Part shown: in pieces, positions 1 to 12,000 of the stretch
How the letters are laid out: each line of letters opens with the position of its first letter
How positions within the stretch are numbered: position 1 is the first letter of the stretch
Assembly: GCA_964291295.2 (NCBI GenBank)
Contig: OZ219754.1
Span: forward strand, 2,368,001-2,432,000
Direction of reading: 5' to 3'
Length of the DNA stretch: 64,000 nt
Source: an uncultured Candidatus Binatia bacterium
Lineage (GTDB): Bacteria; Desulfobacterota; Binatia; UBA9968; JAJDTQ01
The notes under the pieces: model-generated
The model's database searches: none
What the model was told of the DNA's origin: nothing
The model's input: the letters and a program-made list of their open reading frames with translations, nothing else
Program-made: the position numbers and the translations under genes

Positions 1-1
1 G

Positions 2-3000
2 GTCACGTCCTGGAACATCCAGTACAAGCGGGGTTCCGAGTCGTACCGGAACCTGCACGTGGCGGATGCGGGGAACGGCAGCACGACGACGGCGACGGTG
101 ACGGGTCTGGCGGCGGAGGAGTACACGTTCCGCTTGCAGGCTCGGAACGAGAACGGTCTGAGCGCGGCCTCGTCGACGGTGACGGCGACGCCGACGGCGG
201 CGACCGCGGTTCCGCCCGCTCCGACGGGCGTGCGGGCGACGGCCGGCGACGGCGAGGCGACGCTGTCCTGGACCGACCCGCAGAGCGACACGATCACGAA
301 GTGGCAGTACCGCCAGAAAGCCGCTGGCGGCTCGTACGGCGAGTGGACGGACCTTGCGCACAGCCGGACGGGCAGCGCGCTGCCGACGCTGACGGGCACG
401 GTCGGCGATCTGACGAACGGGAGTTCGTACGCCTTCGAGCTTCGCGCGGTGAACGCGGTCGGCGCCGGCGCGGCCTCGGCCGAGGTGACGGTGACGCTCG
501 ACGCGGATGCGGTGTCGCTGAGCATCGCGGACGTGACGGCGGCGGAAGACGGGACGTTCACGTTCACGGTGACGGCGGATCCGGCGCCTTCGGCAGAGGT
601 GACGTTCAAGTACACGGTGACCGCGGAGAGCGGCGACACGGCGACGGCGGACACGGACTTCACGGCGGTGACGACGGCCACCGCGGCGACGATCGCGGCG
701 AGTGCGACGACCGCGGCGATCACGGTGTCGGTGACGGACGACGACATCGACGAGTCGGACGAGACGTTCACGGTGACGCTGTCGGAGCCGTCCGACAACG
801 CGGAGATCGGCGATGCCACCGCAACGGGGACGATCACGGACAACGACACGGCGGGGGTGACGGTCTCGCCGACGTCGCTGACGGTGAACGAAGGCAGCAA
901 CGGCAGCTACACGGTGAAGCTGGACACGGAGCCGACGGCGGACGTGACGGTGACGGTGGGCGGTGAGTCGGGCGAGGTGACGGTGACGGGTTCGCCGCTG
1001 ACGTTCACGCCGTCGAACTACGGCACGGCGCAGACGGTGACCGTGAACGCCGGGTCCGATACGGACACGACGAACGACACGGCGACCCTGACGCACGCGG
1101 CGTCGAGCAGCGACACGAACTACGGTTCATCGCTGAGCATCGAGGATGTGTCGGTGACGGTGACGGACACGACAACATCTTCCATTGCGGCGCCGTGCAG
1201 GATTGCGATTTCGTCGTTGAGCCATCGGAATCGGCGGATACTGCAGGTGACGATGAGTGTGCCGGCCAACTGCGGACCGGTTCCGAAGGCGGAGATGCAG
1301 GTCAAGACCGCCACTCAGGCGTGGAGCGACGTGTCCTGGATTGCCCTGGGAAACCTGGCCCTGTCCAACAGCGATCAGCCGCAGACGGTCACCAGACTGT
1401 TCAACCTGGCGCCGCCGGGCCTTCCGGCGCTGACGGGATTGCGCAACGTGCGGGTGCGCGCGCTCAACGGGGCGAAGGCGGGTCCGGAATCGGTGGTCGC
1501 TCACATCTGGTTCGGTCCGCTGGCGCAGCCGGCGGGTCTGCAGGCGGCGGCGGGCAACCGGCACGTGAAGCTGAGCTGGACGGCCGCGGCGAATCCGACG
1601 CTGACGGGCTGGGAGTACCGCCAGAAGCCGGATGGCGGCAGTTACGGCGAGTGGACGGCGATGAGCGGTTCCGGGGCGGCCACGACCAGCTACTCGGCGC
1701 CGGGGTTGAGCAACGGTACGGAGTACTCGTTCCAGATTCGCTCAAGGAGCGGTACCGCCGCCAGCGCGGCCTCTTCGGCGGTGACGGCGACGCCGACAGC
1801 GGGTGTTCCCTTGCAGCCGGAGCTGACGTCCAGCGAGCCGGGCGACGGTCAGGTGCGGGTGATCTGGCGCGCCCTCGGGGACCCGAGCGTCACGAAGTGG
1901 CAGTCGCGGCGGAAGCTGGACAGCGCCAGCGCCTGGCCTGCTACGTGGACGAACATCCCGGGTTCCGATGCGGAGACGACAAGTCATGTGTTCACCGGTC
2001 TGACGAACGGTACGCCGTACACGTTCCAGGTCCGCGCAGTGAACGACCAGGGCGCGGGTCCGGCTTCGACGGGCCTGAGCGCGACGCCGAGCGCCGAGCC
2101 GTTCGCCAGGCCGACGGGGGTGGGCGCGAAGGCGGGCAACGGTCAGGTGACGCTGTCGTGGGCGGACCCGGGCAACGCTTCGATCACGAAGTGGCAGTAC
2201 CGCAGGAAGCTGGCCGGCGCGAGCGCCTGGGGCGCGGCGATGGACGTGTCCGGTTCCGATGCGGAGACGACGAGCGTGGTGGTGACGGGCCTGACGAACA
2301 GTTCCGCCTATCACTTCCAGGTGCGCGCGTTCGGTACCGTGGGCGGCCACTGGTCGCCGCGGGTGTCGGCGACGCCGCTTACGCCGCCCGGGGCTCCGCA
2401 GGGCCTGGCAACGAGTGACGGCGACAGTCAGGTGGCGTTGCGGTGGCGTGATCAGGGGGATACGACGATCACCGGCTGGGAGTACCGTCTGAAGCCGGAT
2501 GGGGGCGCATACGGCGATTGGACGGCGATCGACGGTTCCGGCGCGGGGACGACGAGCCACACGGTGACGGGTCTTGTGAACGGCACGGAGTACACGTTCC
2601 AGGTTCGGGCGGAGAACGCCGGCGGCAAGGGTGCGTCGTCGGAGGTGACGGCGACGCCGGTACGGGGTCCGCCCGAGGCGCCGACGGGTTTCACGGCGAC
2701 GTCGGGCGACGGTCGGGTGACGCTGTCGTGGGACAGTTCGGATGACGACCGCATCCGCCGCTGGAACTACCGTCAGAAGGCGGGCGCCGGCGCGTACGGC
2801 AGATGGAGAGCCGTTCCGGGCGACGCGGGGACGACGAGCCACACGGTGACGGGTCTTGTGAACGCTACGAAGTACACGTTCCAGGTTCGGGCGGAGACCC
2901 TGGGTGAGTTCGGCAAGCCTGCCGCCGGGATCACGGCGACGCCGACGGCGACAACGACAGCGGTGTCGCTGAGCATCGCGGATGCGACGGCGGCGGAGGC

Positions 3001-6000
3001 TGCGGGGACGATGTCGTTCACGGTGACGGCGACTCCGGCGCCGAGTTCGCTGATCACGTTCCGGTACACGGTGACGGCGGAGAGCGGGGACACGGCGACT
3101 GCGGGTACGGACTTCACCGGGGTGTCGACGGCGACCGAGGCGACGATCGCGGCGTCGGCGACCAGCGCGACGATCACGGTGTCGGTGACGGACGATGTTT
3201 TGGTGGAGGGCGACGAGACGTTCACGGTGACGCTGTCGTCGCCGTCCTCCGGAGTGACGATTTCCGATGCGACGGCGACGGGCACGATCACCGACGACGA
3301 CTCGCTGCCGTCGGCGCCGTCGGGTCTGGATGCGACGGGCGGCAACGCCGAGGTGGCGTTGTCGTGGGACGATCCGGAGGACGCTTCGATCACGGGTTAC
3401 GAGCTGCAGCAGAAGGAGGGGAGCGCCGCCTGGGGTTCATGGGCGGCGATTGCCGATTCGGACGCGGAGACGACGGACCACACGGTGTCGGGTCTGGAGA
3501 ACGGCAGCGCGTACAGTTTCCGCATCCGTGCGGTGAACCCCAGCGGCAGCGGCGCGCAGTCGTCGGTGGTGACGGCGACGCCGCAGGCGAATCCTGCGAA
3601 GCCGGTGGTGACGGCGACGGCTGGCGACGGGCAGGTGACGCTGGGCTGGCAGTTGCAGCCGGGGATAGCGATCGCGACCTGGACGTACCAGTACAGCAGC
3701 GACGGGGGTTCGACGTGGAGCGCGTCGCAGACGGTGACGGGCGCGAGCGCGACGAGCACGGTGGTGACGGGTCTGGAGAACGACACGGAGTACACGTTCC
3801 GGATGTTCGCGGCGGTGGGTCCGGGGGTGCAGTCGGCGTGGTCGGACTTCGTGACGGCGACGCCGCAGCCGCCGGCGCCGGCCGCGCCGACGAACTTCAG
3901 TGCGAGTCCCGGCAACGCCCGGGTGGAGTTGACGTGGGACGATCCGGAAGACGCGAGCATCAGCGTCTGGCAGTTGCGCTACGGCAAGCAGGGTGAGACC
4001 TGGGGTTCGTGGACACCGATCTCGGGTTCGGACGCGAGCACGACGAGTCACACGGTGACGAGTCTGGACAACGGCAGCACGTACCGTTTCCGTATCCGCG
4101 CGAAGAACAGCGGCGGCGTGGGTGTGCCGTCGCCGGTGGTGACGGCGACGCCCCTGGTGCTGGTGAAGCCGGTGGTGACGGCGACGGCGGGCGACGGCCG
4201 GGTGACGCTGAGCTGGCCGGCGCAGCCGGGTTCGGGCGTGACGGCGTGGGGCTACCAGTCGAGCAGCGACGGCGGCACGAGCTGGACGTCGACGCAGACC
4301 GTGACGGGCGGGAGCACGACGAGCACGGTGGTGTCGGGTCTGACGAACGGCACGGAGTACACGTTCCGGATGTTCGCGCGTGCGGGCAGCGCGCAGTCCT
4401 CGTGGTCGGACCACGTGAAGGCGACGCCGATACCGCCGGCTCTGAGCATTGCGGACGTGACGGCGGCGGAGGACGGCACGTTCGCGTTCACGGTGACCGC
4501 GGCGCCGGCGCCCGCCTCGGGGATCAGCTTCAAGTACACGGTGACGGCGGCGAGCGGCGATACCGCGACGGCGGGCGCGGACTTCACGGCAGTGACGACG
4601 GCGACGTCAGCGACGATCGCGGCGAACGCGAGCAGCGCGACGATCACGGTGTCGGTGACGGACGACGCCGTGGACGAGCCGGACGAGACGTTCACGGTGA
4701 CGCTGTCGGAGCCGTCGTCCGGGGTAACGCTCGGCGACGCGACGGCGACGGGCACGATCACCGACAACGACGATCCGCCGGCCTTGTCGATCGCAGCGCC
4801 GGCGGCGGTGACGGAGGGCGATTCGGGCAGCGCGGACATGGTGTTCACGGTGACGCTGGGCGCGACCAGCGGCCGGCAGGTGACGGTGGGTTACGCGGTG
4901 GACAGCGGCGCCTCGACGGCGACCTCGGGCACGGACTTCACCGCCCTGACGGCGGGCACGCTGACCTTTGCCGCGGGCAGTACCGGGGCGGCCCTGGCAA
5001 AGACGGTGACGGTTGCGGTGACCGGCGACGAGTTGGACGAGGCGGACGAGACGGTGGTGCTGAAGCTGAGCGATGCGGTCGGCGCGACGCTGCCGGACCC
5101 GGCCACGGCGAGTGGCACGATCGAGGACGACGACGCTTCGCCGGTGCTGGCGTCGCTGACGGCCCAGACGGTGACGGTGGGCGAGGATGTGGACATCACG
5201 GCGTCGGCGACGGACGGCGACGGGGACACGGTGACGTACGCGTGGACGCGCAAGGCGGGCGAGACGACGCCGGCGATTCCGAACGGTACGGCGCTGAATG
5301 CGGCGCAGCTCACGTTCACGACGACGGCTCCGGGCACGTACACGATGACGGTGACGGCGTCGGACGGGAACGGCAACACGGACACGAAGGATGTGGTGTT
5401 GACGGTGACGCAGACCGTGGCTGCGGCTCTGACGATTTCGGTGGCGGACGTGAGCGTCATGGAGGGCGACTCCGGCGAGACGGACATGAACTTCACGGTG
5501 ACGTTGAGCGGTTCGCCGAGTCATCAGGTGGAGATTCAGGCGACGGCGTGGGCCAAGGGCTCGGGCGATACGGCCAAGGGAGGCAGGGGGGCTGGCCGGG
5601 ACTTCATCGGTTTCCAGAGACGGAAACTGGTGTTTGCGGCGAACGCGACCGGCGCGGGGCTGAGCAAGACGGTGACGGTGAAGATACTGGGCGACGAGGT
5701 CGAAGAGGACGACGAGACCTTTACGCTGCGGTTGAACGTCCTGCGCACGACCGACAGTCGCGTGGCCTTTGCCGGCGGCGAGACGAGACTCGAAGCGACC
5801 GGTACGATCACGGACGACGACGACACGACTTCCACCGGCCACACCATTTCGGTGGCGAATGCGAGTGTCATGGAGGGCGACTCTCACAAGACGGCCATGA
5901 ACTTCACGGTGACGTTGAGCGGTTCGCCGAGTCATCAGGTCGAGATCAAGGCGACGGCTTGGGCCAAGGATTCGGGCGATGCGGCCAAGGGAGGCTGGGG

Positions 6001-9000
6001 GCCTGGCCAGGACTTCATCGGTTTCAGGGATCAGAAGATTGTCTTCGAGGCGAATGCGACCGGCGCGTCCTTGAGCAAGACGGTGGCGGTGCAGGTGCTG
6101 GGCGATGAGGTGGACGAGGACAACGAGACCTTTACGCTGCTGTTGAACAACCTGCGCACGGCCGACAGTCGCGTGGTCTTTGCCGGCGGCGAGGCGAGAC
6201 TCGAAGCGACCGGCACGATCACTGACGATGACGACGCCACGGCGACCGGTCATGAGATTTCGGTGGCGGACGCGGAGGTGGTCGAAGGGGACTCGGGGCG
6301 GACGGCGCTGAACTTCACGGTGACGCTGAGCGGTTCTCCGAGTCACCCGGTTCAGGTGGACGCGGTTGCCCGGGAGGGGACGGCCGAGGCGGGTCCCGGA
6401 AAGGACTTCAGGCATTTTCAGGCGAACCGGAAGGTGGTATTCGCGGCGGACGCGACCGGCGCGGCCCTGAGCCAGACGGTGAGGGTGGATGTTCTGGGCG
6501 ATGAGGCGGATGAGGACAACGAGACCTTTACGCTGCGGTTGAACAACATCCGCACGAATGACCATCGCGTGGTCTTTGCCGGCGGCGGGACGAGACTCGA
6601 AGCGACCGGCACGATCACCGACGACGACGCTTCGCCGGTGCTGGCGTCGCTGACGGCCCAGACGGTGACGGTGGGCGAGGATGTGGACATCACGGCGTCG
6701 GCGACGGACGGCGACGGGGACACGGTGACGTACGCGTGGACGCGCAAGGCGGGCGAGACGACGCCGGCGATTCCGAACGGTACGGCGCTGAATGCGGCGC
6801 AGCTCACGTTCACGACGACGGCTCCGGGCACGTACACGATGACGGTGACGGCGTCGGACGGGAACGGCAACACGGACACGAAGGATGTGGTGTTGACGGT
6901 GACGCAGACCGTGGCTGCGGCTCTGACGATTTCGGTGGCGGACGTGAGTGTCATGGAGGGCGACTCCGGCGAGACGGACATGAACTTCACGGTGACGTTG
7001 AGCGGTTCGCCGAGTCATCAGGTGGAGATTCAGGCGACGGCGTGGGCCAAGGGCTCGGGCGATACGGCGAAGGGAGGCAGGGGGGCTGGCCGGGACTTCA
7101 TCGGTTTCCAGAGACGGAAGCTGGTGTTTGCGGCGAACGCGACCGGCGCGGGGCTGAGCAAGACGGTGACGGTGAAGATACTGGGCGACGAGGTCGAAGA
7201 GGACGACGAGACCTTTACGCTGCGGTTGAACGTCCTGCGCACGACCGACAGTCGCGTGGCCTTTGCCGGCGGCGAGACGAGACTCGAAGCGACCGGTACG
7301 ATCACGGACGACGACGACACGACTTCCACCGGCCACACCATTTCGGTGGCGAATGCGAGTGTCATGGAGGGCGACTCTCACAAGACGGCCATGAACTTCA
7401 CGGTGACGTTGAGCGGTTCGCCGAGTCATCAGGTCGAGATCAAGGCGACGGCTTGGGCCAAGGATTCGGGCGATGCGGCCAAGGGAGGCTGGGGGCCTGG
7501 CCAGGACTTCATCGGTTTCAGGGATCGGAAGATTGTCTTCGAGGCGAATGCGACGGGCGCGTCCTTGAGCAAGACGGTGGCGGTGCAGGTGCTGGGCGAT
7601 GAGGTGGACGAGGACAACGAGACCTTTACGCTGCTGTTGAACAACCTGCGCACGGCCGACAGTCGCGTGGTCTTTGCCGGCGGCGAGGCGAGACTCGAAG
7701 CGACCGGCACGATCACTGACGATGACGACGCCACGGCGACCGGTCATGAGATTTCGGTGGCGGACGCGGAGGTGGTCGAAGGGGACTCGGGGCGGACGGC
7801 GCTGAACTTCACGGTGACGCTGAGCGGTTCTCCGAGTCACCCGGTTCAGGTGGACGCGGTTGCCCGGGAGGGGACGGCCGAGGCGGGTCCCGGAAAGGAC
7901 TTCAGGCATTTTCAGGCGAACCGGAAGGTGGTATTCGCGGCGGATGCGACCGGCGCGGCCCTGAGCCAGACGGTGAGGGTGGATGTTCTGGGCGATGAGG
8001 CGGATGAGGACAACGAGACCTTTACGCTGCGGTTGAACAACATCCGCACGAATGACCATCGCGTGGTCTTTGCCGGCGGCGGGACGAGACTCGAAGCGAC
8101 GGGCACGATCACCGATGACGACACGGCGGGGGTGACGATCACGCCGAGCACTGTGACGGTGGCGGAGGGCGGCAGCAATACCTACACGGTGAAGCTGGAC
8201 ACGAAGCCCTCGTCGGACGTGACGGTGACAGTGGGCGGCGAATCGGGCGATGTGACGGTGACGGGTTCGCCGTTGACGTTCACGCCGTCGAACTGGAAGA
8301 CCGCGCAGACGGTGACGGTGAATGCGGCTACCGACCTGGACACGACCAACGACAGCGCGACCTTGACGCACGCATCGGCCAGCAGCGACACGAACTACGG
8401 CCCGTCATTGAACATCGACGATGTCGAAGTGACGGTGACCGAGCCGGCGCCGTTGCCGACATTGCAGCTGACGACGGATCCGGCGGCGGTGACGGAGGGA
8501 TCGGCGATCCGTCTGACGGTGACGTCGGACCGCGCGTTGACGGGCAATCTGACGGTGAGCCTGACGCTTTCGGACCGAGGATCGAGCGGTTTCGACGCGG
8601 AGGACATCCCGGGCACGCTGGGTCCGCGGAACTTCACCGCGTCGTTCGGCAACAGTGCCAGCAGGACGGGGACGGTGACGATCCCCACCAGCACGGATTC
8701 GGAAGCGGAGGGTGCGGAGACCTACCGGATCACGCTGAACGACGGGACGGGCTACGCGCTGGGCGTGGACAAGACGGCGGACGGTACGCTGAACGATGGC
8801 GCGGCGCAGTCCACCGCGTTGAGCATTGCGGACGTGACGGCGGCGGAGGACGGGACGTTCACGTTCACGGTGACGGCGTCGCCGGCTTCGTCTTCGGAGG
8901 TGACGTTCAAGTACACGGTGACGGCGGCGAGCGGGGACACGGCGACGGCGGGGGCGGACTTCACGGCGGTGACGACGGCTGTGGCAAAGACGATTGCGGC

Positions 9001-12000
9001 GAATGCGACGAGCACGACGATCACGGTGGCGGTGACGGACGACGCGCTGGACGAGGGTGACGAGACGTTCACGGTGACGCTGTCGGAGCCGTCGTCGGGG
9101 GTGACGCTCTCGGACGCGACGGGGACGGGGACGATCACGGATGACGACCCGTTGCCGGGTCTGTCGGTTGGGGCGCCGGGGGCGGTGACGGAGGGGGATT
9201 CGGGGAGTACGGACATGGTGTTCACGGTGACGCTGGGTGCGACCAGCGGTCGGGCGGTGACGGTGGACTACGCGGTGGACGGCACGTCGACGGCGGCATC
9301 GGGGACGGATTTCACGGCCTTGGCGGGAGGGACGCTGACCTTTGCGGCGGGCAGCACGGGGGCGGCCCTGGCGCAGACGGTGACGGTGGCGGTGAGGGGG
9401 GATGAGTTGGACGAGGCGGACGAGACGGTGGTGCTGAAGCTGTCGAACGCGGGCAACGCGAGCATCACGAGGGCGACGGCGAGCGGCACGATCACGGACG
9501 ACGACGCTTCGCCGGTGCTGGCGTCGCTGACGGCGCAGACGGTGGCGGTGGGCGAGGACGTGGACGTGACGGCCGTGGCGACGGACGGCGACAACGACAC
9601 GATCAGCTACTCGTGGGAGCGCAAGGCGGGGGAGACGTTGCCGGCGCTACCCGGGGGCACGGGGCTGAACGCGGCGCGTCTGACGTTCACGACGGCGGCG
9701 GCGGGCACGTACACGATGACGGTGACGGCATCGGACGGGAAGGGGAACGAGGACACGGCGACGGTGACGATCACGGTGACGCCGGCCCCGGGGGTGACGG
9801 TGATTCTCAGAGCCAAGGGGGGCGATGGCACGATCGAGCTGACGTGGGTCTATACCGGTCCGACCCAGGGGGCCTCGAAGTGGCAGGTGGAGTACTTCAC
9901 GGGAAGTACGGGGGACGAGTTGCGGGATCTGCCGGGGGGTGTGGCGGCGCGCAGCGCGACGCTTCCCCTTTCGGGGGGGCCGGAGGTTCTCAACGGTCAG
10001 ACGTACAACATCCGGATCGTGCTGTTGCATACGAACGGTACGACCTTGGCGGAGAGCGTGACCAACAATGTGGGCTGGGTGAGGGCGACGCCGAGGGGTT
10101 CGGCGACGCCGCGTGTGGTGGTGACGCCGACGGAGTTGACGGTGAAGGAGGGAGGGGGCAACCATTACACGGTGGTGCTGGCGGGGGTGGCGCCGACGGG
10201 AAGGGTGAGGGTGGAGATCACGTCGGTGGCCCAGGGGCGGGACGACGTGGAAGTGGGCGAGTTGATGTTCGATGCCACGGACTGGGACGATCCGCGGCGG
10301 GTCAGCATATACGGTCGGGTGCTGGATGATGTGGAGGGCTACGAGGTCACGCAGGAACTGGAGGTGAAGGCTCCGGGGACGAACTACGCGGATGTGGAGG
10401 CGGAGGATGTCACGGTGACGGTGGTGGACACGACGGCGACGCTGACGCTGGCGACGGATCCTGCGGCGGTGACGGAGGGGGAGGAGATCAGTCTGGAGAT
10501 CACCTCGGACCGTGCCCTGACGGGAGCGTTGCCGGTGAGTCTGAGCTTTGCGGACCGGGGGAGCAGCGGTTTTGCGGCGGCGGACCTTCCGGGCGGGCTG
10601 GTGCAGACGCGGATGGCGGACTTCGGCGAAGAGGGGGGCACCACGGGCACGGTGACGATACCGACGAACCGGGACGGATTGACCTCGGAGGGAGTGGAGA
10701 CCTACACGGTGACCCTGGGGGATGACAGCACGGAGAACGGCTACAAGCTGGGGAGCGACACCACGGCGGACGGGAGGCTGAACGACGCGGCTTCGGGGAC
10801 GCCGACGACGCCGGGGACGACCAAGGGGGTGACGGTCATCCCGATGGAGCTGACGGCGGCGGAGGGGGGCGGTGCGGGCTTTATGGTGGTGCTGGACGCG
10901 GCGCCGAGTGAGGACGTGACGGTGACGGTGTCGGGGGTGTCGGGGGATGTGACCTTCACCACCGAGGGACAGGGGGACGACGGCGGCAACTGGGGGAGGC
11001 TGACGTTCACGACGGGGAACTGGGAGGTTCCGCAATGGGTGCGGGTGTGGGTGCGGGAGGACGCGGACATGGAGGACGACACGGACGTGGTGCTGACGCT
11101 GACGGCGAGCGGCGGGGGCTACGACGGGGTGAACATCGACAGCGTGACGGTGACGGTGGTGGAGAACGACAAGACGATGTCTCCGGGCGGTGCGGAGGCG
11201 GGGGGCAATGCGCCGGGGTCGGCGGGGCCACCGCCGGAGTCGGCGCCGGAGCGGCCGGGACGGCCGCGGAGGTTGAGGGCGAAGGCGGGGGACGGGGAGG
11301 TGCGGCTTTTCTGGGAGGATCTGGAGGATCGGACGCTGAGCCATTGGCAGGTGCGGGTGCGGCGCGGCGTCGGGCGGTGGGGAGCGTGGACGGACATGGC
11401 GGGGTCGGATGCGGGGACGGTGACGCACCGGGTGACGGGTCTGGAGAACGGCACGGAGTACCGGTTCCGGGTTCGGGGGGTGAATGAGGCGGGTCCGGGA
11501 GTCAAGTCCGGGCGGGTGTTCGCGACGCCGTTGAGGAAGCCGGAGATTTCCATTGCCGACGCCTCGGCCGGTGAGGGGGAGGCGATGGTCTTCGGGATCA
11601 CGCTGTCGGAGGCGTCCGCGCGCAAGGTTCGGGTTTCGTGGCGCACGGCGTGGGGCGGGGAGCACGGGAGCGCGGAGGGGGGTTCGGACTTCGTCCAGGG
11701 TTCGGGTGTGGTGCGGTTCCGTCCGGGGGCCACCCGGGTGGAGATACGCATCCAGACCCTCGACGATGCGCACGACGAGGGGCGGGAGAGCTTCGCGGTG
11801 CTGCTGTCGGAGGCGAAGGGAGGGAGCATCGCGGACGGCGAGGCCACGGGCACCATCGTGAACACGGACCCGATGCCGCGTGCGTGGCTGGGTCGTTTCG
11901 GTCGCACGGTGGCGGAGCGGGCTCTGGAGGGCATTGCCGAGCGGGTGGGGGAAGCGGTCCGCGTGCCGGGATTCCAGGGTGTGCTGGGAGGCATTCCGCT

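Noticed and set aside
1-11870. Recurrent short motifs as a CRISPR array
   Set aside because: They are coding-domain repeats in an open frame, with no constant repeat-spacer period and no cas genes.
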